IMG/VR virus record: IMGVR_UViG_3300009671_000009
Location: 32,001-96,000 of that record
DNA from: a virus
Taxonomy: Duplodnaviria > Caudoviricetes
Direction: 5' to 3' (one strand)
Length of the DNA stretch: 64,000 nucleotides
Under the pieces are notes generated by a model, which saw only the letters and a list, made by a program, of their open reading frames with translations, had not been told where the DNA came from and searched no databases. Each line of letters opens with the position of its first letter. Positions within the stretch are counted from its first letter, which is position 1. Below are positions 55,714 to 64,000 of the stretch, piece by piece. The translations under genes were made by a program, and so were the position numbers.

Positions 55714-56311
55714 AGTTCAGTTGAAATATTCCATTGTCGTATTCCCAGTGACAATTAGGACATAGTGCCATTAAATTGTTTATATCGTTTATTTCAACAA
55801 TTAGAGCATCGTTACTGAATAAAGATACAGGTTTAATATGACATACTTCAGCGAAATGTGAGTAGCCGCATCTTATACACACTAAAGGCTTGCCGCTTGC
55901 TTTATATATTCTATATGCATGTGCTCTAATTATCTTTCTAGCCCGTTCGTATTTGTGTTTATTTAGCATATCGCCTTTTGTTCTATACGGCATTGTGCTA
56001 TGCAACAAACAATCGTCACACTTTTTGTATTTATATGTTCCAGAGTATTGTATTTCTTTACTACAAGTACTACAATATTTTTTAACTTTGTTTCTTGATA
56101 CCCCAGCGTTATTAAAAGACGCAGCACAACTCTGAGAACAAAAATTTTTTCTCTTTACTGCAGCAAGTTTTTGACCTTCCTTTGGTATCATAGGTTTACC
56201 ACAGTTTTTACACAATTTGGGATTTTGCAGGTAAGCGTCTCTTATCTTCTTTGCTTTAGCTTTACCTCCAAAATGCCCACTTTTAGATTTTCCTATTAAC
56301 ATTATAACCAC
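55712..56311 (-). CDS. HNH endonuclease with zinc fingers (only substantial minus-strand gene)
   Basis: CIRCG..EVCHIKP..NDINNLMALCPNCHWEYD. Confidence 0.85.
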   Translation of the reverse strand: MVIMLIGKSKSGHFGGKAKAKKIRDAYLQNPKLCKNCGKPMIPKEGQKLAAVKRKNFCSQSCAASFNNAGVSRNKVKKYCSTCSKEIQYSGTYKYKKCDDCLLHSTMPYRTKGDMLNKHKYERARKIIRAHAYRIYKASGKPLVCIRCGYSHFAEVCHIKPVSLFSNDALIVEINDINNLMALCPNCHWEYDNGIFQLN

Positions 56312-56399
56312 CTCACTGTTATTATATGGTGGTTACTTGAACATGATAGTCAAAATATCAAATAATGTTTCAAGACGATGTTCTATTAAATAGTTAAAT

Positions 56400-56656
56400 A
56401 GCTTGGGTGGCGGAATAAATAGCTAGGCGCATGCGTGCAAATAGCTAGGCTTGTAATGCCAGTAGACGCTTAAACGGTAGACAGGATAGGGGAAGTTGCC
56501 CTCTAATTAGGTGGGAGCGTGGTGCAAGCTCCATAATTGCCGAGAAACGATAACCGTGCGCTTTTGAGTACCACACACTCCTCGCAAGAGTAGCAGCATA
56601 GTAGCTTGCACGGTTGAAATGCCTGTCATGTGAGGTGAAAATCCTCACCCCAAGCT
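56400..56656 (+). ncRNA. ~255-nt expanded tRNA-like RNA
   Basis: AGCTTGGG/CCCAAGCT stem, Leu-type D-arm GGCGGAAT..GTAGACGC with insert, GACAGG/CCTGTC-closed multi-hairpin, T-arm GTGAGG-TGAAAAT-CCTCAC. Confidence 0.55.
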
Positions 56657-56774
56657 TATAATTTTGCTGGCAAAACACACAAAGGGAGCGGTTAGCTATA
56701 GTAGACCACAAAGTGCCGCGGTGATGATGGAACCCTAAAGAGCAAGCCGTGGGCCAGCATTTCTTTTTTTAAAG

Positions 56775-57035
56775 GTGATTTATTTGAATCTTAAACCAGA
56801 CATAAACTTTCTGTTTGATGTAGATGATGTGGAATCGCTTAGAAATCTGTATGATGATCTTGTAGATGATCTTAGCAATCTATATCGTCCTATAGGAAGT
56901 GACTGGGCTAAAGACAAAAATAAAAGGCTATGGGATATCATTCATCCCTACTTGGTGATTCGTGGATACAAATATTCAATAGAAAACAAGGTGTGCCAAA
57001 TATACAAGAAGTTATACGAAACTAACTCTATATAA
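56775..57035 (+). CDS. hypothetical protein
   Basis: 86 aa ORF. Confidence 0.5.
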   Translation: MIYLNLKPDINFLFDVDDVESLRNLYDDLVDDLSNLYRPIGSDWAKDKNKRLWDIIHPYLVIRGYKYSIENKVCQIYKKLYETNSI

Positions 57036-57175
57036 AGAGAGGGTATTACAATGAACGAACTTATAAATACAGTAGTAGCAAGCGTTCTAGGAGGACTTTG
57101 TTTTGTAATACTATTAAAGCTTATCGATTGGGCTGAAGTTTTTGTATGCTGGGCTCGTCATAAGTTACATAAAGA

Positions 57176-58411
57176 TTGAGGGTGATTAAAATTCCTGGTG
57201 TAAGCGTAAAAGATTTTTTAATTGATATTCCTGCTGTTCAAGCAACTACCAAAAGAAGAGCCGCTCCGAAGAAAGATCCAGAGTACTCGTTAGTGCTGCA
57301 GAACAACACTGACTTTGTAATAAATAGAAAAACCAAAACAACCGATAGAACCTTAGCTTACTTAATAAGCCAAGGCTTATTTTATGTCCGAGATAATAAA
57401 ACTCAGAAGGTAGAACCGTTATCGCTGAGGAACTATAAAATGTTCTTCGCTCCTGTATATGATCATCAGTTAAGTTATCTAACAGAAGTTAAGTGGTGGA
57501 GTCACTCGCCCCGCCGAATGGAGTCCAAAGCAATAAAGATCATCGGCGATCAATCTATGCAGAAGATGTACCAGCACGGGCTATACGTTGAAAGCCATCA
57601 AGCAGCTAATTGGAAAGAAAACTTTGAGAACAACACAAAACTGTTTCAATATTGTTACGATGTATGTAATAAGTCTGATGTTAACAGATTCGAATTTGAG
57701 AACATTATGGCTTTTGCAACCAAGATTGAACAGAAAATCAACTTCAATAATGCAAAGCATTTTATAGATTCAGTAGGAGAATCCTCAATTAGGTTTAGCC
57801 TAGGAACTGTATACTACCGTGACGACCAGAAGAACTTAATTGGAGCCATAGATACATATAACCTTGACTTCAGCAGATGTATTGAATATTTACTCTTTGA
57901 TCTGTACACTCAAGGTATCTTGATACTGAACACTGCTGTTCTCAATGACTACATTGATTATCTGAGGATGCAAAACAACATGTACGGCAAGATTAAAGAT
58001 AAGTATCCAGCCTATCTTAAGACCGAACATGATATTATGGCCCTAAAGATATCGACGTATGAGAAACATAAGAAGGATTTGTTGGTGTTTAACAATTCAG
58101 ATCTATTCAAGAACCTTGAATACAAGAAGGGCGACTATTGCATTTTACTTCCAAAAACATCTGCTGACATAGTCGATGAAGGAGTAAACCAAAGTCATTG
58201 TGTTGCTTCATATGTTGATAAAGTGGCCCGCGGTGAAACTCTAATTGTTTTCTTGAGAAATAAAGAGACACCAGATAAATCGTTAGTTACCATTGAGGTC
58301 AAGGATGACGGGATCACACAAGCCCGAGGGTTTGCAAATCGTGGGGTTAACGAAGAAGAGGATAAATTCATTACAGAGTGGGCGAAAGAGAAGTCTCTAG
58401 CCTACAAGTAG
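57176..58411 (+). CDS. PcfJ-domain protein
   Basis: DYIDYLRM..YP..LKTEHD..EGVNQSHCVASY..IVFLR..TIEV..QARG..N. Confidence 0.8.
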   Translation: MRVIKIPGVSVKDFLIDIPAVQATTKRRAAPKKDPEYSLVLQNNTDFVINRKTKTTDRTLAYLISQGLFYVRDNKTQKVEPLSLRNYKMFFAPVYDHQLSYLTEVKWWSHSPRRMESKAIKIIGDQSMQKMYQHGLYVESHQAANWKENFENNTKLFQYCYDVCNKSDVNRFEFENIMAFATKIEQKINFNNAKHFIDSVGESSIRFSLGTVYYRDDQKNLIGAIDTYNLDFSRCIEYLLFDLYTQGILILNTAVLNDYIDYLRMQNNMYGKIKDKYPAYLKTEHDIMALKISTYEKHKKDLLVFNNSDLFKNLEYKKGDYCILLPKTSADIVDEGVNQSHCVASYVDKVARGETLIVFLRNKETPDKSLVTIEVKDDGITQARGFANRGVNEEEDKFITEWAKEKSLAYK

Positions 58412-58640
58412 GAGGTCTTGTTGTTGTATAAAGTAAACACAATCATTATTGACTCATCAGCCGACGTGCGTGGGCTAGCTGAGCTACACCTTGACACTCT
58501 TCCAGAGTTAAATGCCCAATTATTCTTGTGGTGCTTTCCTCAGTTCAGGGGATTTGTACCAGAAGAAACAGAATACGTAACAGCAATTGCGATAGTTGAG
58601 TTGACACCAACAGCGGCTATCATGCTAGTTTTGGTATAAA

Positions 58641-58715
58641 GCGCTATAGCCTAGCGGAACAGGCACTGGTTTACGGAACCAGCAACGGCGGGTTCGAATC
58701 CTCCTAGGCGCTCCA
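58641..58715 (+). tRNA. tRNA-Arg(ACG), acceptor 5' strand apparently 1 nt short
   Basis: CTGGT-TTACGGA-ACCAG; GCGCTA vs TAGGCGC. Confidence 0.7.
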
Positions 58716-58734
58716 TTATATAAGGAGAAAATAC

Positions 58735-59400
58735 ATGCCAAAGAAAAAGAAAACGCTTCCGACTGAACACGTTGTCATTATCTTAGACAAGAGTGGCTCA
58801 ATGGGAACAGTTCGTGACGTAACAATTAGTGGCTTCAATGAACAAATCCAAACTCTGAAATCAGCAGCAGAAGAAAAGAATATCTTGCTTACAATGTACG
58901 CTTTCAATCATGCTGTAACAAAACTCTTTGAAGAGAAACCTATTGGCGAAGTCGAAGAGTTAACCCGAGATGATTATGTTCCTGCAGGGATGACAGCAAT
59001 GCTTGATGCAGTAGGCCTTGCCATTGACAACATGAAATCATATCTCGATGGTAACACCGAAGACTGTGTTTTGTTTGTCATCATGAGTGACGGCGAAGAG
59101 AACAACTCTAAAGTTCAGACATGGACTTCAGTTGCCGAGAGAATCCAAGAGCGACAAGGAACCAAAAAGTGGACATTCACTTATATGGGGTCTAACCAAG
59201 ACTTATCCAAGATTAGGGAAACCTTCCATCTGCCGAAAGATAATGTCCGTTCCTATGTTAGCGATGCCGCAGGAACAAAGAGTGCTCACACAATCATGTG
59301 TCACGGATTAAGTTCCTACATGTATCGTGGTCATGCTAGCGCATCAGCTAGTTTCTATGATGGCAACACAAAATCGGTAGACGACGAAGAAAACAAGTAA
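58735..59400 (+). CDS. vWA-domain protein
   Basis: ILDKSGSM, GMTAMLDAVG, MSDGEENNS. Confidence 0.85.
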   Translation: MPKKKKTLPTEHVVIILDKSGSMGTVRDVTISGFNEQIQTLKSAAEEKNILLTMYAFNHAVTKLFEEKPIGEVEELTRDDYVPAGMTAMLDAVGLAIDNMKSYLDGNTEDCVLFVIMSDGEENNSKVQTWTSVAERIQERQGTKKWTFTYMGSNQDLSKIRETFHLPKDNVRSYVSDAAGTKSAHTIMCHGLSSYMYRGHASASASFYDGNTKSVDDEENK

Positions 59401-59409
59401 AAATTATAC

Positions 59410-59670
59410 AGGAGTACAGTGTTCGTAGTGGAAGCGGATGATTGCGGGTAAGAGGTTATAGGCGTAAGGCCATTCTCGCCGTTAATAGAGCTACGAAAGG
59501 GAGACCGAAGAGACTCAACCCGATACATCGGTCTGACAGGTAGGGTAGGCCTGTCAAAAAATAGCTGATCCACCATGTGTGGAAGCAGTCACGGTTACGT
59601 CTCTTATTGACAAGAGGCGCATCCAGCCAGGAGGCTACAGTAGCTCTAGACAACGCTGTAGCCTTTCTGT
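59410..59670 (+). ncRNA. putative ~260-nt structured RNA
   Basis: stems TTCGTAGT/GCTACGAA, GACCGA/TCGGTC, TGACAGG/CCTGTCA, AGGCTACAG/CTGTAGCCT in an intergenic region. Confidence 0.45.
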
Positions 59671-59685
59671 ATTTGGGAGGTACAT

Positions 59686-60210
59686 ATGAAAGCACTTGTT
59701 TTAACCCGAGGAGTACCTGGTTGTGGAAAGTCAACATGGTTAAAAGATAATAACCTGATGCCGTTTGTGGTATCATCTGATACAATCCGTTTGATGTATC
59801 ATTCACCCATCATGACTACAGATGGAAGCCTTGCTATTAGTCAAGAGTTTGATTCAGTAGTATGGAGAACACTTGAAAATGTTGTCTCCTTTAGGATGAT
59901 GAATGATTGTTTCACCATTATTGACGCATGTCATTCTAAACCAAGCGACTTTACTAAGCACTATACTGCTGTAAAGTTTTATAACTATAAGATCTACTGT
60001 CTTGACTTTACTGACGTACCTCTTGAGGTCGCCAAAACCAGGAATAGTAATCGACTTCTAACTCCAGAGGAATCTTTCCGATACGTACCAGAAAAAGTAA
60101 TAGAAAAATTCTACGAAAGAATGAATACTCCACCACCATTAGAAGTAGAAGTAATCAAGCCTGAGAACTTTTGGGATTTATTCATTAACTTCAAAAATCT
60201 TTTAAGGTAG
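59686..60210 (+). CDS. P-loop polynucleotide-kinase-like protein
   Basis: RGVPGCGKSTW, SSDTIR, IIDA, RNSNR..VPEKVI. Confidence 0.8.
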   Translation: MKALVLTRGVPGCGKSTWLKDNNLMPFVVSSDTIRLMYHSPIMTTDGSLAISQEFDSVVWRTLENVVSFRMMNDCFTIIDACHSKPSDFTKHYTAVKFYNYKIYCLDFTDVPLEVAKTRNSNRLLTPEESFRYVPEKVIEKFYERMNTPPPLEVEVIKPENFWDLFINFKNLLR

Positions 60211-60212
60211 TA

Positions 60213-60241
60213 TTGCATTTGGCTATCATATATGTTATAAT
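60213..60241 (+). promoter_or_regulatory. sigmaA-type promoter
   Basis: TTGCAT-17-TATAAT with extended TG. Confidence 0.7.
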
Positions 60242-60277
60242 ATAGATAGAATCTCACATAAAGGAGAAATGATTTAG

Positions 60278-60898
60278 TTGAACGAAAATCTGTACAAGAA
60301 ACTGGCCCTGGTGAAGAAAAAGCTAGGCGATGTTCCTAAAACAGGCTGGAATGATTTCCAGAATTACGCTTATCACACAGAATCTGACGTTCTTAGCGCA
60401 TTAAAACCGCTATTAGATGAAGTTGGTCTGGACATTATCCCGAGTCTTGATTGGGATCACAGCGATAAGTTGCCTCCGATTTACCGTGAGGGAGATATCA
60501 CCACTGTGTTAACGAAGTACACTATCGTTGACAGCGATACTGGTGAAAACTTTGTCTGCTATTGGGCAGGCCAAGGACAAGACAAAGCCGACAAAGGCGG
60601 CAACAAAGCCTTTACTTCAGCTGGTAAGTATTTCTTAATCAAGCTGTTCAGAATCGCAACCGATGAAGATGCAGATAAAGAAGGTGCTGTTAATACCCCA
60701 CCTGCCAGGACTTCTACTGTAGCTGCACAAAATGCCCGTGGACATGCATCCGCTGCTGCTCCATTTAGTCCTGTTACAAGTGGAGATACATGTAAATCCT
60801 GTGGTAAATCAGTGCCACCTGGAGTTGCAAGCTTCTCTAAAAACAAACATGGCGATATCTACTGCATGGATTGCCAAAAGAAAGTCGCAAAAGGTTAA
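60278..60898 (+). CDS. ERF-family single-strand annealing protein
   Basis: KTGWNDFQNYAY, GQGQDKADKGGNKAFTSAGKYFL..F.I...D.D, C-terminal zinc finger. Confidence 0.82.
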   Translation: MNENLYKKLALVKKKLGDVPKTGWNDFQNYAYHTESDVLSALKPLLDEVGLDIIPSLDWDHSDKLPPIYREGDITTVLTKYTIVDSDTGENFVCYWAGQGQDKADKGGNKAFTSAGKYFLIKLFRIATDEDADKEGAVNTPPARTSTVAAQNARGHASAAAPFSPVTSGDTCKSCGKSVPPGVASFSKNKHGDIYCMDCQKKVAKG

Positions 60899-61124
60899 CT
60901 CCTTTTTCAGCCTGGGTGAAATATCCCAGGCTTTTTATTTATAAGGTGAACACAATGAACTATGACGATAGCACTGAACAAGAGATTAATATGCAGAATG
61001 TGGTAGAGTTGCTTAGAGAGCTAAGTCCTGACGACAGACTGAAAGTATTTAGATATTTCTGTACCAGATGCGGTAGTACTGATTCATATTGCCAATGCTG
61101 GAATGACGAGTAGGAGGCGACGCT

Positions 61125-61778
61125 TTGATTAAGATACTTAATAAACCTTTATCGGAATTTGAAACAGATTTCTTAGCTATAAGCCTACAATGGTATCCAG
61201 GATTGATTAAACTTCCGTCGCCATTTGTAGCAGGCGGTTTTATGAGAGAAATAGTTTCTGGAGGGAAACCGTCAGATATGGATTTGTTCTTTAGGAACGA
61301 GGACTGCTTCAATACTTCAGCAAAGATTGTTCAGGCAGATCCAAGCTATTTTATGTCATGCGAATCCGAAGTAGCTCTTACATTCGACCGAAGAGAAACT
61401 CCCGAAAATCGCGTTCAACTAATACGCAGTAATTTTGGCGGCCCAGAAAAAATTCTAAAAGACTTTGATTTCAAGATGTGTATGATAGGTCTCGATTACG
61501 TAACCAGATCTGTATATTACTTTGATAATGTTCTTGAGCACATCGAAAAGAAGATCATGGCTTTTAATTCAGATTCCAAAACTGAGTTCAATGTATCGTC
61601 ACTCAAGAGATTGGTGAAGTTTGCCTCCAGAGGATATACTATATCCAATGAAGATTTAAAATCATTTGCTGAAGCTATAGCAAAACTAGGAGTAGACGGA
61701 ATCCGCAGAAAGAAAAAAATCACGGTACGAGATGAGAACGGTAACGAGATTGAAGATGCAGTACCTGATTATACATAA
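61125..61778 (+). CDS. nucleotidyltransferase (CCA/poly(A) polymerase head-like)
   Basis: FVAGGFMRE..SDMDLF, FDF..C, RLVKF..RGY. Confidence 0.7.
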   Translation: MIKILNKPLSEFETDFLAISLQWYPGLIKLPSPFVAGGFMREIVSGGKPSDMDLFFRNEDCFNTSAKIVQADPSYFMSCESEVALTFDRRETPENRVQLIRSNFGGPEKILKDFDFKMCMIGLDYVTRSVYYFDNVLEHIEKKIMAFNSDSKTEFNVSSLKRLVKFASRGYTISNEDLKSFAEAIAKLGVDGIRRKKKITVRDENGNEIEDAVPDYT

Positions 61779-61789
61779 GAGGTGAGAAG

Positions 61790-62071
61790 ATGCCCTGGAA
61801 AAGAGAATGGTTTGATAACGAACTCTATATGGAGTACAATGGTGTTAAAGTATATCATGCCTATAAAGGAGATGAGCATAGCGATCCATTCACATTTTGG
61901 TTTTGTCTAGATCCTGCCAGTGATCAATATTCAGAAGATGTATTTGACATCAGATCAATAGCAAAAGCCCTTATAATTGTAGGGTACGAAAACATTGACG
62001 ATATTGTTCGCAAAGGTATCGATGCAGGTATTATTACCCAGGATAAGATTATCTTGCCAAATGAAACGTAA
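61790..62071 (+). CDS. hypothetical protein
   Basis: SD GAGGTG. Confidence 0.6.
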   Translation: MPWKREWFDNELYMEYNGVKVYHAYKGDEHSDPFTFWFCLDPASDQYSEDVFDIRSIAKALIIVGYENIDDIVRKGIDAGIITQDKIILPNET

Positions 62072-62099
62072 TATGTTATAATGACTAAGAGGTGGTAAT

Positions 62100-63248
62100 G
62101 TGAAGATTCTTTGTGCACCAGACCTTCATTGTTGGTGGACTACATACGAAAAATATCCTGGTAACAAAATGCCAGCTCGTCTTCAGGAATGGCGAGATGT
62201 TTCAAGCTATATGGTATATCTTGCAGAGCTTCATGGATGCGAACTAGCTTTGTTTCCTGGCGATTACTTTATAGAATCTACTCCTTTGCCGCAAGCTATG
62301 GATGAAGTGATAGACTTATTCTCTGCTTTTGAAGCCAAAGGTATCAAAGTAGTAGGAATTAAAGGTAATCACGACGACATTGGAGTAGACCAGACATCAT
62401 TCGTTGATGTTATTGCTAAGATGAATTCGACATGGGGAATAACAAAGCCCACATTTGTTGAGTTCGAAGACGTTGCCATTGTTTGTTTGCCATTTATGAA
62501 AAACTCCGAAATATTGTCTGGTGGTTCAGTTAGAAATTGTTCAGAAGCTTTGATAGAAGAAGTAAGAGAGCTAAAGATTGCTAGCGAATATGATAAAGTA
62601 ATTTTACTGGCTCACTATGGAACTGACATTTCTGTATTCGCAAATGGATGGGTTCCTAAAAAACAAGTAGAACCTGTATTGTCAATCGAGTATCTTGCCC
62701 ACATGGGATTTAAAGCTTGCGTTCTAGGGCACATACATAAGCCACAAGATTTGTGGGCGAATCCACCTATTTTCCATACTGGAGTTCTAACGTATGGCAA
62801 GTCCGACGAGGGACTGTATCAATCTTGTGTCACGATACTTGATACTGACACGTGGACGAAATTCGAGGAACCGCTACCTGTTACACCTATTACAAATGTT
62901 GTGCTTTCGAAAGAATCCATGGAGGACTTCGAGAGTTGTATGTGGATGGAAGAGATTCCCGAAATAAACGGCCACATTGTTACTGTTAATTATCCGATTT
63001 CAGAAGAACGTCTAAGGTTTGTGAACAATCAACAGATCGTAGATGCCTTACAGTTAGCAGGAGCCGACTTCATAGAAGGAATTCACCCGCATATTATTAA
63101 GCACAATAGACAACGCAACATCGAAATAAACGAACAAACAGATGAGGTTGAATCATTTAAGCGATGGTATGACGAAATAGGCGAAGCACCAGAACTCAAA
63201 GACCAGGTCTCAGCTTTATTCAAAGAGATCCTAGAGGAAGCGAGGTAG
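62100..63248 (+). CDS. sbcD: SbcD/Mre11-family nuclease
   Basis: DLH, GDYF, GNHD, AH, LGHIH. Confidence 0.85.
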   Translation: MKILCAPDLHCWWTTYEKYPGNKMPARLQEWRDVSSYMVYLAELHGCELALFPGDYFIESTPLPQAMDEVIDLFSAFEAKGIKVVGIKGNHDDIGVDQTSFVDVIAKMNSTWGITKPTFVEFEDVAIVCLPFMKNSEILSGGSVRNCSEALIEEVRELKIASEYDKVILLAHYGTDISVFANGWVPKKQVEPVLSIEYLAHMGFKACVLGHIHKPQDLWANPPIFHTGVLTYGKSDEGLYQSCVTILDTDTWTKFEEPLPVTPITNVVLSKESMEDFESCMWMEEIPEINGHIVTVNYPISEERLRFVNNQQIVDALQLAGADFIEGIHPHIIKHNRQRNIEINEQTDEVESFKRWYDEIGEAPELKDQVSALFKEILEEAR

Positions 63249-63253
63249 AGGTA

Positions 63254-63673
63254 TTGTCTAAGAAAAAAGAGGGCAAGACAAACGAAAAGGCCAAGGCACC
63301 TAAACCACTAAAGGAAGAAAAGAAGGCTAGAGCTCCTAGGAAACCAAAGACTCCGCCTGTCCCGAAAGTGGCAGAGTACAACGCTGAAGGAAAAGAGATC
63401 TGCCCTGCTTGTAAAGAAAGAAAGTTTAAAGTCCAAGACTGTGACTCAGCAGGAGACGGCAACATAAAGTTCACAGTAAAGTGCCCATGTGGGCACGTGT
63501 TTTCATATTTAAGAAATGTTAAGACTATGTATGTATCAAAGCCTGGAGGGATAGATAGTGGATCTGCTGAAGTTGCAGCTACAAAACTTCGCGAGCTACC
63601 AGAACGAGGAAATAGATCTGCAAGGAATACACGTAGCAGGTCTGCTGGGGCCAAACGGAAGCGGAAAAAGTAG
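63254..63673 (+). CDS. basic zinc-ribbon hypothetical protein
   Basis: CPAC..CPCG, Lys-rich. Confidence 0.55.
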   Translation: MSKKKEGKTNEKAKAPKPLKEEKKARAPRKPKTPPVPKVAEYNAEGKEICPACKERKFKVQDCDSAGDGNIKFTVKCPCGHVFSYLRNVKTMYVSKPGGIDSGSAEVAATKLRELPERGNRSARNTRSRSAGAKRKRKK

Positions 63674-64000
63674 CTTTATAGAATCTATATTGTGGTCACT
63701 TTATGGTGAGAGTCCAAAAGGTAGCAAACGAGATGCAGATAATTTTGTCCGCACAGGAACAGACGAGTGTACTGTTGTTGTTGATTTTTCTATTGGCAGA
63801 CATGTGTATCGGGTTCTACGAAGCTGGAACAAAAAAGAGCGCAAAGGTAGACTTGGTTTCTTTGTTTATCAAGAAGACTGGGAGCCCCGCGGCAAAAATG
63901 CTAAAGAATCTCAAGCAGAGATAGAAAAGGTTCTGCGGATGGACTATAAGACATTCGTAGCAACCGTAATTCAAGTTCAAGATAAGAAGACAGAATCGTT
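63558..64000 (+). CDS. sbcC: SbcC/Rad50 ATPase (5' part, runs off the window)
   Basis: SD GGAGG, GTG 63558: LQLQNFASY..GPNGSGKSSFIESILWSLYG. Confidence 0.85.
   Translation, partial: MDLLKLQLQNFASYQNEEIDLQGIHVAGLLGPNGSGKSSFIESILWSLYGESPKGSKRDADNFVRTGTDECTVVVDFSIGRHVYRVLRSWNKKERKGRLGFFVYQEDWEPRGKNAKESQAEIEKVLRMDYKTFVATVIQVQDKKTES

Noticed and set aside
1836-63654. Numerous short minus-strand and shadow ORFs in the track
   Set aside because: They are antisense to well-supported genes or tRNAs and have no SD or recognisable motifs; only 55712..56311 is accepted
63703-63924. 73-aa ORF from the track
   Set aside because: It lies out of frame within sbcC, which starts at 63558
1-64000. Genome-wide TAG (code 15) or TGA (code 4) reassignment
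   Set aside because: Long conserved genes are intact in code 11, many genes end in TAG or TGA right before the next SD, and the broken genes have mixed TAA/TGA/frameshift lesions

Overview
This 64 kb segment looks like part of a large tailed-phage (or phage-plasmid) genome. Its sigmaA-type TTGaca-17-TG-TAtaaT promoters and GGAGG Shine-Dalgarno sites suggest a Bacillota host. Almost all genes are on the + strand and no virion structural genes are evident. It carries replication and recombination genes (DnaE, intein-containing class II RNR and SNF2 helicase, SSB, RecA, UvrD, prim-pol, DNA ligase, ERF, SbcCD, ParM/ParR-like pair), several intact and decayed HNH/GIY-YIG endonucleases, and about 17 tRNAs. 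The RNA- and translation-centred content stands out. (i) A promoter-driven tandem array of 10 Y-RNA-like modules sits directly upstream of a Ro60/TROVE gene; the modules share a GAGGCG...TACTTC...TTTCCTC scaffold but carry different cargoes (permuted tRNA, unpermuted tRNA, bare anticodon hairpins, a large multi-hairpin). (ii) A 127-nt miniature tmRNA lacks nearly all of the mRNA-like domain. (iii) An amber (CUA) tRNA lies near a leader ORF with three in-frame TAGs and RPPP, which overlaps a hairpin sequestering the RBS of a downstream Pth2-like operon; this is a candidate stop-readthrough sensor. (iv) There are several large orphan structured or tRNA-like ncRNAs. Also noted: a candidate -1 programmed frameshift appending a 3D domain, a cyanobactin-type (LynF/PagF-like) prenyltransferase and a VbhA-like antitoxin. 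All calls come from reading the sequence by eye; no database searches or folding programs were run.
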